Of a stretch of 64,000 nucleotides of DNA, positions 18,811 through 27,597 are shown piece by piece. The DNA lies in NCBI GenBank assembly GCA_002500505.1, contig DLRM01000043.1, forward strand, positions 125,623 through 189,622. Direction: 5' to 3'. Made by a program: the position numbers and the translations under genes. Below the pieces are notes generated by a model. The model was not told the DNA's origin. It ran no database searches and saw only the letters and a program-made list of their open reading frames with translations. This stretch comes from Planctomycetes bacterium UBA7888 (lineage in GTDB: Bacteria; Planctomycetota; UBA1135). Numbering within the stretch: position 1 is the stretch's first letter; every line of letters starts with the position of its first letter.

Positions 18811-18850
18811 AAAAAAAATATCGCGGGACGACCGAAGTCGAACCCGCGAA
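18811..18850 (-). terminator. Intrinsic terminator-like hairpin (two-tier stem, UUCG tetraloop, U8 tract) about 40 nt upstream of the GYF-gene start
   Basis: Minus strand reads TCGCGGG-TT-CGAC-TTCG-GTCG-T-CCCGCGA-TA-TTTTTTTT. That is 7+4 bp, GC-rich, followed by eight U. Confidence 0.55.
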
Positions 18851-18900
18851 GAGCTGTAGTTAATAAGGGGCAAAAGCCCCAGCATCCCCACGATGCTTCG

Positions 18901-18934
18901 AAAAAAAATCCAGGAAGTTGCGTCCCACCTGAAT
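18901..18934 (-). terminator. Second terminator-like hairpin with a U8 tract (weaker stem)
   Basis: Minus strand reads ATTCAGG-(13-nt loop)-CCTGGAT followed by TTTTTTTT. The stem is 7 bp including one G:U pair. Confidence 0.35.
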
Positions 18935-18995
18935 CAGTAAGGAACAGAAGGCACGGCCTTCATGAGTTTGAAACCCACAAATCTGTTGGAAGGGA

Positions 18996-19025
18996 CAAAA
19001 AAATCGACTTTTTATAGGAAAAGTC
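18996..19025 (-). terminator. Putative nadA terminator (AU-rich hairpin plus U7)
   Basis: Minus strand reads GACTTTT-CCTATA-AAAAGTC followed by GATTTTTTTG, about 90 nt downstream of the nadA stop. Confidence 0.45.
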
Positions 19026-19111
19026 TAAGAAGTCGGTACAAAAAAACCGATTATCTGTCCTAACCTCTTTCTTGAAAAGCTGTTACGGAAGACCAAAAAA
19101 AGGCAAGCGAA

Positions 19112-20071
19112 TCAGGTCGTTTCGAGCATTCGCCCGAGCGAGGCCATTGCTCCCCGGCGGAATTGAGATGGCACCTCAACTCGGGGCCCTCGGTCATGCA
19201 AGCATTTCCACAGCTTTTCTGGGGTGTTCAGCTGCATATAGGGGCAAAGATTGCAAGCACAGCTTGCTCCCGGGGCGGGGATATAGGTGTTTTGAGGTGC
19301 CTCTTTTTCGAAGCGATAAATCATATTCCCCTCCGTTCCCACGATGAAAGTCTTGCCCCGGCTTTCTTTCACCAAGCGCAACATGCCTGCGGTCCCAAGA
19401 ACGCAATCGCTTGCATCCCGAATTCGCTTTGGGCACTCCGGATGGCTCATGGTAATCGCACCTGGATTTTTCTCCTGTAGCTCAAGCAAAGTGTCCACGG
19501 AGAAAAGTTCGTGCACTTCGCAAGCGCCATTCCAAAGAATCATTTCTCGACCCGTGACTTCGTTCAACCAGCCTCCCAAATGCATATCGGGGACAAAAAG
19601 AATAGGTTCATTCTCGGGAATGGAATCCACAACCGCACGGGCATTGCCGCTGGTACAAATCACGTCCACAGCGGCCTTCACCGCAGCCGTGCAATTCACA
19701 TAGGCAATCGAAGTTGGGCGGCGGCCAAGTTTTACCTCCAGGTGATCTTGGTATCGAATTAGATCCTCGACTTTGCATGAATCGGCAAGAGAACAACCCG
19801 CATCCAAATCAGGAACAAAGACCTCTGCATTAGGGCATAAAATGTTCGCCGTTTCTGCCATAAAGTGGACGCCACAAAAACAAATGGAATCGAGTTGAGT
19901 CTCCGAAGCCTTGCGGGCTAACTCCAAGGAGTCCCCCACAAAGTGAGCGGCCTCCTGCAAAAAGCCCTCTTGATAGCTGTGGGCCAAAATAAGGATGCCT
20001 TGCTCCGTAGCCCAGTCACGGATTTCAGATGCTTCAGGAACTTCAAGCAGAGGGAGTGAAGAGGATTCCAT
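19112..20071 (-). CDS. nadA: Quinolinate synthase
   Basis: 319 aa. ILAHSYQ...GDSLELARKA, FCGVHFMAETA, MSHPECP and the C-terminal CACNLCPYMQLNT cluster-ligand context are typical of NadA. Confidence 0.93.
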   Translation of the reverse strand: MESSSLPLLEVPEASEIRDWATEQGILILAHSYQEGFLQEAAHFVGDSLELARKASETQLDSICFCGVHFMAETANILCPNAEVFVPDLDAGCSLADSCKVEDLIRYQDHLEVKLGRRPTSIAYVNCTAAVKAAVDVICTSGNARAVVDSIPENEPILFVPDMHLGGWLNEVTGREMILWNGACEVHELFSVDTLLELQEKNPGAITMSHPECPKRIRDASDCVLGTAGMLRLVKESRGKTFIVGTEGNMIYRFEKEAPQNTYIPAPGASCACNLCPYMQLNTPEKLWKCLHDRGPRVEVPSQFRRGAMASLGRMLETT

Positions 20072-20082
20072 AGATTCCTATT

Positions 20083-20679
20083 TTAGTTAGAAAACAAGAA
20101 GATGTCGAAACGAGTACTTCTACCCATCATTTGATGCTGTGGCTCCCTCACCCAAGCCTTCGCTCGCCGAGGCATCTTGACCACTACGCGGTTGACGCCC
20201 TGCTCCAGAGCCAAGCGCACCAAATCCTCGGCGTCCACGTCCACGCCAACTTCCTCACGAAGAAGCCGCATCTCCTTTTTTACCAAAGCGCTTTTGGGTC
20301 TCGGGGGGTGCATGGGGTCGACATAGAGCACCTCCGGTTCAATCGACGCCACGAGCTCGGGAAGAACAAGAAGAGCGTCGGCATGCTGAAAGCTCAATCT
20401 ACCCCCTAAAGCCTCTGCTGTGGTGGAATCCGTATGGGCGCGTTGAAGGGCATCCTTGAGAGCTGCGGCAACAACCGGGCTTCGCTCAAGGCCGTGCACA
20501 ACACAACCAAGGCTTGCAAGGATGAAAGCATCTCGCCCCAGACCGGCCGTGCAGTCCAAAACCTTGGGCGGCTTTGCCCCTGCACGCAGACCAACTGCCT
20601 TAGCTACGGCTTGTCCTCGGCCCCCTCCGTGGCGGCGACGCCAGCCAAGAGTCCCGTCCACAAAGTCCAATTGAAGCAT
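20083..20679 (-). CDS. rsmJ: 16S rRNA (guanine1516-N2)-methyltransferase RsmJ (short form)
   Basis: 198 aa. RRRHGGGRGQAVAKAVG, VLDCTAGLGRDAFILASLGC, VVAAALKDAL, PKSALVKKEMR and RFDI are nearly collinear with E. coli RsmJ from about residue 55 onward (from memory). Confidence 0.9.
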   Translation of the reverse strand: MLQLDFVDGTLGWRRRHGGGRGQAVAKAVGLRAGAKPPKVLDCTAGLGRDAFILASLGCVVHGLERSPVVAAALKDALQRAHTDSTTAEALGGRLSFQHADALLVLPELVASIEPEVLYVDPMHPPRPKSALVKKEMRLLREEVGVDVDAEDLVRLALEQGVNRVVVKMPRRAKAWVREPQHQMMGRSTRFDIFLFSN

Positions 20680-20700
20680 GGCGAAGTTTATCTCTACCAG

Positions 20701-21933
20701 TCAAGCAAGAGCGAGACCGCGGGCCAGGTGAGTCTTAGCTTCCTCAAAACCCCGCCCGGCATCATAGAAAATACTTACCAGAGGTTGCCCCTTCGAAACC
20801 AAATCCCCCAACTTTGCGTGAAGTTTCAAACCTACACCAGGATGGACGGAGTCTTCGGATCGAGTCCGGCCAGCGCCCAATCGGAAAGCGGCCAATCCCA
20901 ACTCGCCGGCATCACAAGTTTGTAAAAGCCCACTCGTTTCAGCCTCAATGGTTTCGACCTTACAGTCCGCACCAAGAAGTTGGGCCTCTGGATCTCCACC
21001 CTGGCCACGCAGCATCAAGCACCAATGTTCCCATGCAGAACCATCTTGAAGAACTTGGGCGGCTCCTTTGGGGTCTCCGCTCAACTCAAGACAAAGATTC
21101 ACAAAATCTTCTGGGCCTTCACCTTGCAAAGTATCCACCGCCTCTTGAACTTCAAGTGCGTTGCCAATAGCGCACCCGAGCGGAGTGGACATTCCCGTTA
21201 CCTGGGCAGTGGTTTGTACGCCGGCACCACAGCCCACGCTTACCAAGGAATCCGCCAGAGCTTGGGCATCCTCCTGCGTTTTCATAAAAGCGCCAGTACC
21301 GAATTTTACATCCAATACTAAACGATCTAATCCTTCAACCAGTTTTTTAGAAAGGATGCTTGCGGTGATAAGTGGAATCGAGGGAACCGTTTGGGTTTCA
21401 TCTCGAAGGGCGTAAAGAATACGGTCTGCTGGAGCAATGCTTTCCGTTTGGCCATTAATGAAGCAACCTGCAGCCCCAAGAACTGCATGTAATTCAGCTG
21501 GATTCAAATCAGTTCGAAAACCTGGAATCGCTTCCAACTTATCTAAGGTACCCCCAGTAATCCCTAAACCTCTTCCGGAAAGCATGGGGACTCGCAGGCC
21601 CATCGCCGCCCAAATCGGGGCCAAAACAAGGGAAACCTTATCGCCCCCCCCGCCAGTGGAATGCTTGTCCACAAAGGGACCCTCAATACCAGGCCAGGAC
21701 AAAGTTTCGCCCGATTCCGTCATGGCACGGGTCAAGGCCACCGTTTCCTCATGGGTCATTCCATTGAGAAAAACAAAGGCCAGCCATGCTGCAGCTTGGG
21801 GTCGACTCACCGCACCCGATACAACTCCATCGACAAAAGCACGGATTTCGTGCTCAGTTTGCTCTCGGCCATCGCGCCGAGCATCCAATAGGGAATCGAT
21901 GGAGAACGCTTGCAAAACTATGGAGATATCCAA
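20701..21933 (-). CDS. deoA: Thymidine/pyrimidine-nucleoside phosphorylase
   Basis: 410 aa. RRDGREQTEHEIRAFVDG, DKHSTGGGGDKVSLVLAP and SGRGLGITGGTLDKLE are signatures. The start is TTG (21933 or 21915); no ATG is available upstream of the conserved N-terminus. Confidence 0.9.
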   Translation of the reverse strand: MDISIVLQAFSIDSLLDARRDGREQTEHEIRAFVDGVVSGAVSRPQAAAWLAFVFLNGMTHEETVALTRAMTESGETLSWPGIEGPFVDKHSTGGGGDKVSLVLAPIWAAMGLRVPMLSGRGLGITGGTLDKLEAIPGFRTDLNPAELHAVLGAAGCFINGQTESIAPADRILYALRDETQTVPSIPLITASILSKKLVEGLDRLVLDVKFGTGAFMKTQEDAQALADSLVSVGCGAGVQTTAQVTGMSTPLGCAIGNALEVQEAVDTLQGEGPEDFVNLCLELSGDPKGAAQVLQDGSAWEHWCLMLRGQGGDPEAQLLGADCKVETIEAETSGLLQTCDAGELGLAAFRLGAGRTRSEDSVHPGVGLKLHAKLGDLVSKGQPLVSIFYDAGRGFEEAKTHLARGLALA

Positions 21934-23450
21934 GAAACCGATTCGTCCCCGGCTTCGACTTCGATTTCACCAACTTGAACCCCATCCGCTTGAAAAGCTC
22001 TCAATAGATGAGTGCCGGAAGGAAGGTCGGAGAGGAAGAAGGCGCCGTCTGGTCCAGACTGAGTAACCCCCAACCCAAATTCACGCCAAGGGTGGCCTCC
22101 AGGAAATTCCGCATTGTTCGGAGCTTTCATTTCAGGAAGAACGACTTCAATGCGCATGTTAGGGAGAGGGCTTCCTGATGCATTCAAAAGCTGCCCCGCA
22201 ACAATTTCCCCCTGCTGAAGAAGAATTTCGAGAGACTCATTCCCATCTTCAAGATTTAATGGCCAAATCGAGGTCACGGCGTAGCCGGGAGAATAGACCA
22301 ACAAAGCGGCTTCTAAATCTGCAAAGAGCCCTTTGAATTGGAAGAGACCGTTCCTTTGAGCTCGCCGTTCTCTATCCTGTTCTCCACGCAAACGAAGATA
22401 TGCCTTTGAAACTGGGTTGCCATTCTCATCATGAACGACTCCCCCCAAGCGGTACCCCCGAATCATTTCTATATCTAAGCTCCCTGTGCCTGGCAAAAGG
22501 CGGCTTCGAAGGGGCTGATAGTCCAAGTGTTTCGCCTCCACGGCCCAAACCTGACTTATGGGTACTGAATTCAAAGTAAAACTGCCATCCACGTCCGAAT
22601 AAACAACTTGTTGGCGCACGGGAAAATAGTAAATGCCCTGATGGTGGGTTGAGTCCCGACGGGCGTGGCGCCCCACCATTCCAGCAACGACAAGAGCCGC
22701 TTGAACGGTCTCCCCATCACTCCCAAGAGCCATGCCAGAAACAGTGTTGGATGGCTCCATTAATAACTCTAGCCCATCCAAAACTTGACCGCTTTTGATT
22801 TCTCCGCCAACCCTTTGAACACACACTCTCTCCTCAGCAATAGCCTCCAGAATAAACGGACCTTCAGGAATTCCCCCAAGGGTGAATGTGCCCCCCTCAT
22901 GAGTTTTAGAGAGGAGGTCGACAGAAGCTTCCGGCTTTTGGGCTAACTTTTCCTTTTTCTTGAACCAAAGGTGAATATCAGCTTCAACAATGGGTTTGCC
23001 CATGGAATCCAACACTTGCCCAGAAACGACGCCACCTGGCTGAAGCCTAAACTCAAATTCCATGTCAGCACCGGCGAGAACCGGTTTTTTGATGACCTTG
23101 GCACTGGGTGCCGTGGATGGGGTTGGGGAGACCGCAATGGATTGGACGAAAGTCCCTGCTTGGACTTCAAAACTGCAGCGACCCTCTGAATCCGTGGTCT
23201 CAAATGCACGGCCCATATCGTTTAGATCGTCCTTCCAAAGCAATCGCACCCGGATTTCAGGTACAGGCTCCCCGGTCGAGTCGAGCAGAACATGGGCACG
23301 AAGCCAAGCCATTCCTGCAGTAGCAGGATTTGGAGTAATCGTCGCAACCTCTTTCTGGGGAGGCAGTTCAGGTGTATTAACCTGTCCAGAATCTCCTCCA
23401 CAGGAGAGGCCGAGAAAAACGAGGAGAGAGGCGGAGATGGGACCCTTCAT
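21918..23450 (-). CDS. Lipoprotein with repeated carboxypeptidase-regulatory-like (CarboxypepD_reg) beta-sandwich domains
   Basis: 510 aa. Lipobox LGLSCGG. Recurrent G-x-V-x-D-x-x-G-x-P-(V/I)-x-x-A pattern: VSGQVLDSMGKPIVEADI, LGGVVHDENGNPVSKAYL, VAGQLLNASGSPLPNMRI. Confidence 0.6.
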   Translation of the reverse strand: MKGPISASLLVFLGLSCGGDSGQVNTPELPPQKEVATITPNPATAGMAWLRAHVLLDSTGEPVPEIRVRLLWKDDLNDMGRAFETTDSEGRCSFEVQAGTFVQSIAVSPTPSTAPSAKVIKKPVLAGADMEFEFRLQPGGVVSGQVLDSMGKPIVEADIHLWFKKKEKLAQKPEASVDLLSKTHEGGTFTLGGIPEGPFILEAIAEERVCVQRVGGEIKSGQVLDGLELLMEPSNTVSGMALGSDGETVQAALVVAGMVGRHARRDSTHHQGIYYFPVRQQVVYSDVDGSFTLNSVPISQVWAVEAKHLDYQPLRSRLLPGTGSLDIEMIRGYRLGGVVHDENGNPVSKAYLRLRGEQDRERRAQRNGLFQFKGLFADLEAALLVYSPGYAVTSIWPLNLEDGNESLEILLQQGEIVAGQLLNASGSPLPNMRIEVVLPEMKAPNNAEFPGGHPWREFGLGVTQSGPDGAFFLSDLPSGTHLLRAFQADGVQVGEIEVEAGDESVSWISP

Positions 23451-23607
23451 ATGCGCAGATTAGCGTGGCTGGGGCAAGCAACCATAACCCTTAGGAACGC
23501 CTAGTTTCCCCGGCAAAAGTCCTTTCCATCGGGTAGGATTGGACAGCCGGTCCCTTTCATCCCGACGACCTAAGAGGCTTGGCCCTCCTTTGAACATCCT
23601 TCTCAAA

Positions 23608-25581
23608 ATGCGTGACTCAATTCCCCTCCTTGCGTCGGCTCTTGCCTTCGCGCTGACCCCCTCCCTTTTCGCCCAACAAGATTGGTTCAACACTTGGAAT
23701 AGTCCTGGCGGCTCCACCGGAGATGCTTTTGGGTATTCCGTAGCAGAAATGGGCGACTTGGACAGTGACGGACTCTCAGAAGTCCTTGTTGGCGCAATTG
23801 GCGCCGACAACAATGGCCGCAACAGCGGCTCAGTTTTCATTCTCGACGGCGACACGGGCAATGTCCTTCTTCGAGTAGACGGCGAGGGTGCTGGAGATTT
23901 ACTCGGTGTAGATGTCATCGGCTTGGATGACCTCGACGGCGATGGATCCAAAGACTTTGCGGCAGGCTCACCTTATTACGAAGGCGCTAACGGCTTCTTC
24001 TCTGGCCGTGCATATGTGTTTAGTGGTGCCGATGGTTCCGTTCTGGACACGATTGAGGGACTTGCCGCTGGAGACATGCTGGGTTCCGCCCTTGCGTTTG
24101 GTGACATCGACGGAGATGGTATCAAGGAACTAATGGTTTCCGCGATTGGCCACGGGAACATGGATGGCGATGTTCGCGCATTCAACTTCAATCAAACAAC
24201 CGGAGCATTAGACGAGGATTTTTCCACTTCCGACATGTTGGTAGGTTCGACCAACAGCGAATGGTTTGGGTTCGCGTTAGATTGCCCTGGAAGCATCAGC
24301 CCTCCTTTATTAGTGGTCGGCGCACCCTTTGATTCTACAACTGGCTCAGCTTCCCTCTTTGCAGTGCACCCTGGGAGTGGCCTTCTTTCCAAATTCAATT
24401 TCCTTCCAACGCTTGCCGGCCCTCCAGTTAAAGGTGTGGGCATTTCCGTCTCTGCTTTAAAGGGAGACTCCGGTGCGATTTACCTCGCTGCCGGCGCCCC
24501 CATCAACCACGGAGGCTCTGTCTTTGTCTGGGATGTTAGCCTCGGATTCCCAAATACTCACCGAATAGATGGGGTCAATTTAGGGGCTCACTTTGGATTC
24601 TCCGTCGCTCTTTTGGATGATTCCAACTTCGACGGCGAACCAGACCTCGCAATTGGCGAACCAGGGAACTCCCATATTGAAGTTTTAGATCTCGCCAACC
24701 CAACTCCTCAACTTGGCCCCCTACTTGAACTTGATGGCACTCTTGGCGATCGTATGGGATGGTCGATGACACGCTTGTCGGACTCTAATGGAAGTGGGAA
24801 GAGTGATTTCGTCGCTAGTGGGACACGAATTTCCACCGGTGCGGGCACGAGTACTGGCGCAATATCTCACTGGACTCCACCAGATACGGATTTAGATCCA
24901 CCCGCAACAACAGTCACTTCCACCTGGTTGCTAGGTGACGATGTCACGATAACCGTAGACAACCTAAGGGACCCCTGCGACCTCTACTTCTATGCGGGGA
25001 AGAGCATTACTCCAACGACCTCTGCAGAGGGGTTTGATTTGGATATTGGAAACTTCCAACAATTCTCTACACCTACAGGTGGAGATTACTTCTTCTTAGC
25101 ATCAAATGTAACGGGTGGAACGAAAACTATCACCGTTCCAATCCCGTTGACCATGTCTGCTGGAAGTCCGCTGATTTTCCAAGTTGGGACCAAAACAAGT
25201 AGCCCCTTCTTGCGAGTAAGCCCTTTAGACCCTGACGATGGAGGCCTCCTCGTCGCCCCACCATTCCAGCTTGACTACAGCCCACCACCTGCCGCTGGCG
25301 CCACGACAAACCTCCAGGCTAACTTTGGCCACCCCAATGAGAAAATATACTTCTTTTACGGAACCAGTACCGGTTCTGCCGGCTACCTCGGATTTATTGT
25401 AAATACTGGCCTTAGTGCTCCAACGATGATTGCAAATATCGTCGCAGATGCCACTGGCACAGCGAATTCAAGCATTGGCATCCCTGCCGGGACCACAGGC
25501 TTCCCCCTTTACTTCTCTGCCGTTTCTTGGATTAATCTGAATGAACTCCTCGACGTGACTGAAGAACTCACCATTGGGTAA
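23608..25581 (+). CDS. Secreted FG-GAP (integrin-alpha-like) repeat protein with C-terminal non-FG-GAP modules
   Basis: The track ORF opens at TTG 23539. ATG 23608 gives the signal peptide MRDSIPLLASALAFALTPSLFAQQ. Repeated Ca-binding DxDxDG loops: DLDSDGLSEVLVGA, DLDGDGSKDFAAGSP, DIDGDGIKELMVSA, DSNFDGEPDLAIGEP, DSNGSGKSDFVASG. Confidence 0.8.
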   Translation: MRDSIPLLASALAFALTPSLFAQQDWFNTWNSPGGSTGDAFGYSVAEMGDLDSDGLSEVLVGAIGADNNGRNSGSVFILDGDTGNVLLRVDGEGAGDLLGVDVIGLDDLDGDGSKDFAAGSPYYEGANGFFSGRAYVFSGADGSVLDTIEGLAAGDMLGSALAFGDIDGDGIKELMVSAIGHGNMDGDVRAFNFNQTTGALDEDFSTSDMLVGSTNSEWFGFALDCPGSISPPLLVVGAPFDSTTGSASLFAVHPGSGLLSKFNFLPTLAGPPVKGVGISVSALKGDSGAIYLAAGAPINHGGSVFVWDVSLGFPNTHRIDGVNLGAHFGFSVALLDDSNFDGEPDLAIGEPGNSHIEVLDLANPTPQLGPLLELDGTLGDRMGWSMTRLSDSNGSGKSDFVASGTRISTGAGTSTGAISHWTPPDTDLDPPATTVTSTWLLGDDVTITVDNLRDPCDLYFYAGKSITPTTSAEGFDLDIGNFQQFSTPTGGDYFFLASNVTGGTKTITVPIPLTMSAGSPLIFQVGTKTSSPFLRVSPLDPDDGGLLVAPPFQLDYSPPPAAGATTNLQANFGHPNEKIYFFYGTSTGSAGYLGFIVNTGLSAPTMIANIVADATGTANSSIGIPAGTTGFPLYFSAVSWINLNELLDVTEELTIG

Positions 25582-25602
25582 GCTTTACCCAAACTATCAA
25601 TA

Positions 25603-25634
25603 ACCGCGAAGTTCTCCACTTCGCGGTTTTTTTG
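25603..25634 (+). terminator. Rho-independent terminator of the FG-GAP gene
   Basis: ACCGCGAAGT-TCTCC-ACTTCGCGGT is a perfect 10-bp stem followed by TTTTTTT, 22 nt after the stop codon. Confidence 0.85.
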
Positions 25635-25692
25635 TAGCCTCCAGTCTTGGGAATCGTCCACTGGATACCGCATTCCGCGGGGGAGGTAAAAA

Positions 25693-26100
25693 ATGACACG
25701 TTTCTTCATGCTATTGCCACTCGTTTTTCTTCAAGAAGGATGTGAAGGGAACGTAGTTTTAGCCGACACCAGCTGTTTAGAAGTTCGAGCACTAGGCGCC
25801 GCTCAATCCAATAGCGGGTGGTCCTTCAAGGGACTGACCATCAGTGCGGGGAAAACTCCATGCCCTCAGTTGGAAGGGGCTCAGCTCACGATGTTCAATA
25901 ACAACGATGGCAAGGAAGGGTTCTCAGACCCACCTGACAAGTATGTTTCAGGAATGAAAGCGAAAATCACAGTCCCTTCAGACACGATTTCATTTGGTTC
26001 ATTTCAAAACCAAAACTCTCAAGGAGTACTCGCGGACTCCTGGGAGCTCGTCATTCTTGACGATTCCGGAAAACCCAATACATTTAGTGGGAGCTTCTAA
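25693..26100 (+). CDS. Small hypothetical exported protein / possible lipoprotein
   Basis: 135 aa. Good SD (GGGAGG, 8 nt upstream). N-terminal MTRFFMLLPLVFLQEGC. No recognisable domain. Confidence 0.5.
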   Translation: MTRFFMLLPLVFLQEGCEGNVVLADTSCLEVRALGAAQSNSGWSFKGLTISAGKTPCPQLEGAQLTMFNNNDGKEGFSDPPDKYVSGMKAKITVPSDTISFGSFQNQNSQGVLADSWELVILDDSGKPNTFSGSF

Positions 26101-26102
26101 TC

Positions 26103-26543
26103 ATGAAACGAGTCCGACTCTTTTTCATTTTTTTCGTTATGGGGCTTTTCCTCCCAAAAATGACTCGTGCCGCTGCCTTAGCAATTCAAGAGGCCACCTT
26201 CGCCAAAAAATCTCAGGAGATTGTGGTCAATGTCCATCGATACGGAGTTGGTGTCGCGGTAATCAACCCTACCCAAACACCAGGGCTTTCAAGGGAAATT
26301 CAAATACGCGACCTTGGCCCAGATGTGAAAGACTTGGTTGAAGACCGCCAGCCGACAACTGCTTGGGCTTGGGTGAACAATCAGCCACCGGTTGCCTTTC
26401 AGCCCGCTGGCCGGGACACTCTCAGGCTGGTCATCCCCAAGCACTGGCTTCGCCTTTTTGGAAGAAATGAAGTCCATGTGAGCGCTTGGGATAACCAAGG
26501 TATTGCCCTTGTTCAAACCAGTCTCGATGGAACTTTCTTCTAA
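26103..26543 (+). CDS. Small hypothetical secreted protein
   Basis: 146 aa. Starts 2 nt after the upstream stop with GGGAG upstream. Signal peptide MKRVRLFFIFFVMGLFLPKMTRAAA. No recognisable domain. Confidence 0.5.
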   Translation: MKRVRLFFIFFVMGLFLPKMTRAAALAIQEATFAKKSQEIVVNVHRYGVGVAVINPTQTPGLSREIQIRDLGPDVKDLVEDRQPTTAWAWVNNQPPVAFQPAGRDTLRLVIPKHWLRLFGRNEVHVSAWDNQGIALVQTSLDGTFF

Positions 26544-26559
26544 CCGAGAGGGAATTGCC

Positions 26560-27141
26560 TTAACGAATCAAAGACAAAAACTCGCTACGAGTTCTTGCGT
26601 CACTCCGGAAAATGCCAAGCATCGCAGAGCTCGTGGCCGAACTGGATTGTTTTGCAACTCCTCGCATCATCATGCAGAGATGAGAGGCTTCGCAAACAAC
26701 GCCAACGCCAAGGGGGCTCAAAATAGATTCAATGGCTTCAGCAATTTGCAAAGTCATTCTTTCTTGCACTTGCAAGCGGCGAGCGAACATCTCCACAATT
26801 CGGGGAAGTTTGGACAAGCCCACGATTCGACCATCTGGGACATAACCAATATGAATTTTTCCGAAGAAGGGAAGCATGTGATGCTCACATAAGGAATAGA
26901 ACTCAATATCCTTCACCAGAACCATCTCGCTCGCATCTTCGTGAAAGATGGCGCCGTTTACGGTTTCTTCCAAACTCCTTTGGTACCCATTAGTCAAATC
27001 AGCTAACGTTTCGGTTACTCTTTGAGGAGTCTTGAGCAAACCTTCACGCTTAGGATCTTCTCCAATTTGTTCCAGCATTGCTTCCACCAAACTCTCCATG
27101 GTGGAGTCCTTTCTTTGATTCAGGGAGGTTGGGGTGTTCAT
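26560..27141 (-). CDS. folE: GTP cyclohydrolase I (FolE type IA)
   Basis: [28 protein letters not shown] and RLQVQERMT are signatures. The track ORF opens at GTG 27156; ATG 27141 lies 1 nt after the upstream stop and is the likelier start. Confidence 0.93.
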   Translation of the reverse strand: MNTPTSLNQRKDSTMESLVEAMLEQIGEDPKREGLLKTPQRVTETLADLTNGYQRSLEETVNGAIFHEDASEMVLVKDIEFYSLCEHHMLPFFGKIHIGYVPDGRIVGLSKLPRIVEMFARRLQVQERMTLQIAEAIESILSPLGVGVVCEASHLCMMMRGVAKQSSSATSSAMLGIFRSDARTRSEFLSLIR

Positions 27142-27142
27142 A

Positions 27143-27562
27143 CTAATCAGCACCACAATAGCGGACGGAGTAATCTCGACTTTCCTCGAGGCGTATTTCC
27201 CTTAGTTGGACTCCTTGAGGCAGCTCTGGTTCCAATTGCTCCCAGAAAGCGGCTGCCAGATTCTCCGTTGTCGTTAGCTTGCCAGCCAAAAAATCTACAT
27301 CCGTATTCAAGTTGCGGTGGTCCACTTTAGAAATGAGTTTTTCTTGGACGAGGTCCTGGAGCTTCAATAGGTCCATCACCATGCCAGTTTCTTCGTGGAT
27401 TTCCCCGGAAACTTCAACTTCCATCAACCAATTATGACCATGAAAAGAGTCGCTATTGCAAATACCGTAGGTCTCACGATTCCACGCGTCATCTTTGCTG
27501 GGATTGTGGAGCCGGAAGGCTGCACAAAACTCAGCTTTGCATATGAGGTGGGCACGGGGCAT
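27143..27562 (-). CDS. 6-pyruvoyl-tetrahydropterin synthase family enzyme (PTPS/QueD family, eukaryote-like C-x5-HGH form)
   Basis: 139 aa. [37 protein letters not shown] and TTENLA are collinear with mammalian PTPS (SASHRLHSP, GKCNNPNGHGHNY, TGMVMNL, DHKNLD, TTENVA; from memory). Confidence 0.88.
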   Translation of the reverse strand: MPRAHLICKAEFCAAFRLHNPSKDDAWNRETYGICNSDSFHGHNWLMEVEVSGEIHEETGMVMDLLKLQDLVQEKLISKVDHRNLNTDVDFLAGKLTTTENLAAAFWEQLEPELPQGVQLREIRLEESRDYSVRYCGAD

Positions 27563-27597
27563 GATTCGGTAGGGAAAGGAATTCGGAAAAGCTGATT

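Noticed and set aside
18811-18990. Possibility that the nadA-GYF intergenic region encodes tmRNA, SRP (4.5S) RNA or a tRNA (GCGGGTTCGACTTCGG on the minus strand resembles T-arm or tmRNA 5' motifs)
   Set aside because: No tRNA-like acceptor/T-arm pairing is possible, there is no CCA-proximal stem, and the conserved SRP helix-8 sequence (GGAAGCAGC-type) is absent. The TTCG is better explained as the tetraloop of a terminator hairpin. It is kept only as an unclassified sRNA or leader candidate.
20083-20679. RsmJ is about 50 aa shorter at the N-terminus than E. coli RsmJ, which might suggest a pseudogene or truncation
   Set aside because: The frame is intact and all SAM-binding and C-terminal motifs are present. 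Only 21 nt separate it from deoA, so nothing has been lost locally. The N-terminal region is probably lineage-variable.
23460-23951. 163-aa minus-strand ORF rich in P/S/T/R, antisense to the 5' end of the FG-GAP gene
   Set aside because: It is low-complexity with no motif. It fully overlaps a CDS with strong domain evidence (DxDxDG FG-GAP repeats). This is typical shadow-frame behaviour.
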